This document shows positions 62,361-64,000 of a DNA stretch of 64,000 bases, piece after piece (the first letter of the stretch is position 1; every line of letters starts with the position of its first letter). Below the pieces are notes generated by a model that did no database searches, had not been told where the DNA came from, and worked only from the letters and a program-made list of their open reading frames with translations. A program made the translations under genes and the position numbers. The DNA comes from a bacterium. GTDB lineage: Bacteria > Margulisbacteria > Marinamargulisbacteria > GCA-2716485 > JAYNIM01. The stretch covers positions 5,923 through 69,922 of the forward strand of contig JAYNIM010000007.1 in assembly GCA_038109055.1 (NCBI GenBank). Reading direction: 5' to 3'.

Positions 62361-64000
62361 TAAGGCTGTTTTTGAGAACTTTGTTTTGCATCATAATCAT
62401 CCAAAAGCTTTTTTAACTTACTTTGCAGGTCATTCAATTCTTGTTTAACCTCTGACAATTCATTCTGAAAATCCGATAAACTAGCACGCTGATGATCATT
62501 GGAAATCAAGGAAAATTGAGCCCCAACAGCCACATTAATGTAGGCCAATCCATCATCACTAGAAGACTCCCAGGAAGTCCCCACAACCTGTCCATAATCT
62601 GACACCTCTAAATGATCAGGTGAAACCGCACGTCCAATTCCATCCCCTTTTCCAGAAGAAAGAATATAATCTCCAGCAGACACCGAACCAAAAACCTTCA
62701 CTCGAACCTGTCCCAAAAAGGAAACCAACGCATAATCTTCAGCATCCTCACCCGGCATATTACCCGCGACTGCAGGCGTAGAACTAATCACCATCAAAAG
62801 CTGAGCACCTTCTGTCTTTTTACTAATATACCCATTAAAAACCCCCACAATATCACCTTTATTAATCACTTCATCCTTATATTTTTTAGGCAAATACTCT
62901 GCATAATCAGCACCCTTAGTTTCATAAAAAACACCCCCTGAAGAAGACCCAGAAGATTTAATAGCACCAGCAGGATTGCTACCATATTGAAACTCAACAA
63001 AAGAAGATTGAATATCACTATCAGATGGCAACGAGATAGCCATTGCCTTTTTACCACTCTTTACTTCAATCAAGGTCACATACTGAGCCAAATCAGCTGC
63101 GACAATATTGTCATCAAAAAATCCTTTAATCGTAAACAAAGCCTTACTATCCTTTAAATTAATAGAGTCTAAATCAACCTTTTTACCCACCTGGAAAAAA
63201 GATCGAACTAAATCACTACCAGTATCATGCGGCCCCATCTTAAAAAATTCCCTCTCCGGATTATCCTGATCTCTAACAGAAAATTGATTCACACTCACCA
63301 CTAATTCAGAAGTCTGACTATCTGATGAAACCCTAATCTGATTTCCAGAGGGAAAAACTAACCCACTATCACGTAAGGCAAAATTACCAGAAACATACAA
63401 ACCTGAATTCACAATTGCAGCAGCAGCATCATTATAAATAAAATTTTCAACGCCATGTCCAACCCCAATAACCGGACCACTATCCGTATTAGCCATTAGC
63501 AAAGCACTACGTTCACCAGATGAAGAATCATGCAAAGAGAAGTTAAAATATTTTCGGGTTGAATCAAACGATTTTCCATTAAAAAGAAGTTGATTGTTCA
63601 CATCTTGATACACCGTCATCATCCTCGCTACAGAATCAACTTCACCCACATATAAAGGAGCAACAAGATTCAACGCAGATGATTTAAAAGCATCTCCTAA
63701 AACGGTCATCGCATCACTACTATCACCAAGTGCAGAAACCAATACAGGGGCTCCAAAAAAACCTGCTGAAAAATATCGATTAGAAAACGATGAAGAATCA
63801 ACAGATTCATCCATCTCAACACGTAATCCGTAAAAAGAGCCATCTACCAATTCTGGAACCTCTAAATATGAAGGAAAGTTCTGCGCAGTGGCATCCGACG
63901 TATCCGCCGATAACATAAGATCAAACCCCACAAACGAATTACTCTGCCCCGTATTTGAACCCGCATTAAATACATAATTAATAGACAAAGGCACCTGGCC
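62360..64000 (-). CDS. C-terminal part of a large beta-rich protein ending in a peptidase-G2-like intramolecular chaperone domain and coiled coil (5' end outside window)
   Basis: GADYAEY, GDIVGV, VIS..P.V.GN, LGQV.VKV.G.V.AGDYI..SG..DG.G.AV; frame open to the window edge. Confidence 0.75.
   Translation of the reverse strand, partial: GQVPLSINYVFNAGSNTGQSNSFVGFDLMLSADTSDATAQNFPSYLEVPELVDGSFYGLRVEMDESVDSSSFSNRYFSAGFFGAPVLVSALGDSSDAMTVLGDAFKSSALNLVAPLYVGEVDSVARMMTVYQDVNNQLLFNGKSFDSTRKYFNFSLHDSSSGERSALLMANTDSGPVIGVGHGVENFIYNDAAAAIVNSGLYVSGNFALRDSGLVFPSGNQIRVSSDSQTSELVVSVNQFSVRDQDNPEREFFKMGPHDTGSDLVRSFFQVGKKVDLDSINLKDSKALFTIKGFFDDNIVAADLAQYVTLIEVKSGKKAMAISLPSDSDIQSSFVEFQYGSNPAGAIKSSGSSSGGVFYETKGADYAEYLPKKYKDEVINKGDIVGVFNGYISKKTEGAQLLMVISSTPAVAGNMPGEDAEDYALVSFLGQVRVKVFGSVSAGDYILSSGKGDGIGRAVSPDHLEVSDYGQVVGTSWESSSDDGLAYINVAVGAQFSLISNDHQRASLSDFQNELSEVKQELNDLQSKLKKLLDDYDAKQSSQKQP

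Overview
AT-rich bacterial chromosome segment from a diderm (LptA/LptC-like, SurA-like genes), densely packed with housekeeping genes. These include the SUF Fe-S operon (sufBCDSU), pyruvate dehydrogenase (aceE-aceF-lpdA), psd, a UPF0182 membrane protein next to an elongator tRNA-Met, purQ, folP/folK/tsaE, rsmH, ftsEX, rseP, pyrH-frr-uppS-cdsA-dxr-dprA-pyrG, a sigma-54 activator, rpmF-plsX-fabHDG-acpP-fabF, rnhB-yraN, an F-type ATP synthase operon, cmoA, ychF and the C-terminus of a large protein ending in a peptidase-G2-like chaperone domain. The gene mix is suggestive of Candidatus Margulisiibacteriota (Marinamargulisbacteria), but that is an impression, not a result. Most unusual: (1) the atp operon has a normal Na+-type c subunit plus a fused triple-hairpin c subunit whose middle hairpin lacks the essential Glu, and there is no atpB (subunit a) in the operon; (2) the first 2.75 kb is an array of units ending in copies of a tRNA-Ser 3' end (TCCGCCA), with an orphan gene of atypical composition bracketed by ~157-bp direct repeats; (3) a PI3K/PI4K-like kinase; (4) a TrxB-like protein lacking its CxxC; (5) a truncated elbB remnant; (6) strong strand-linked compositional bias. 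All calls are by eye from motifs; no searches were run.
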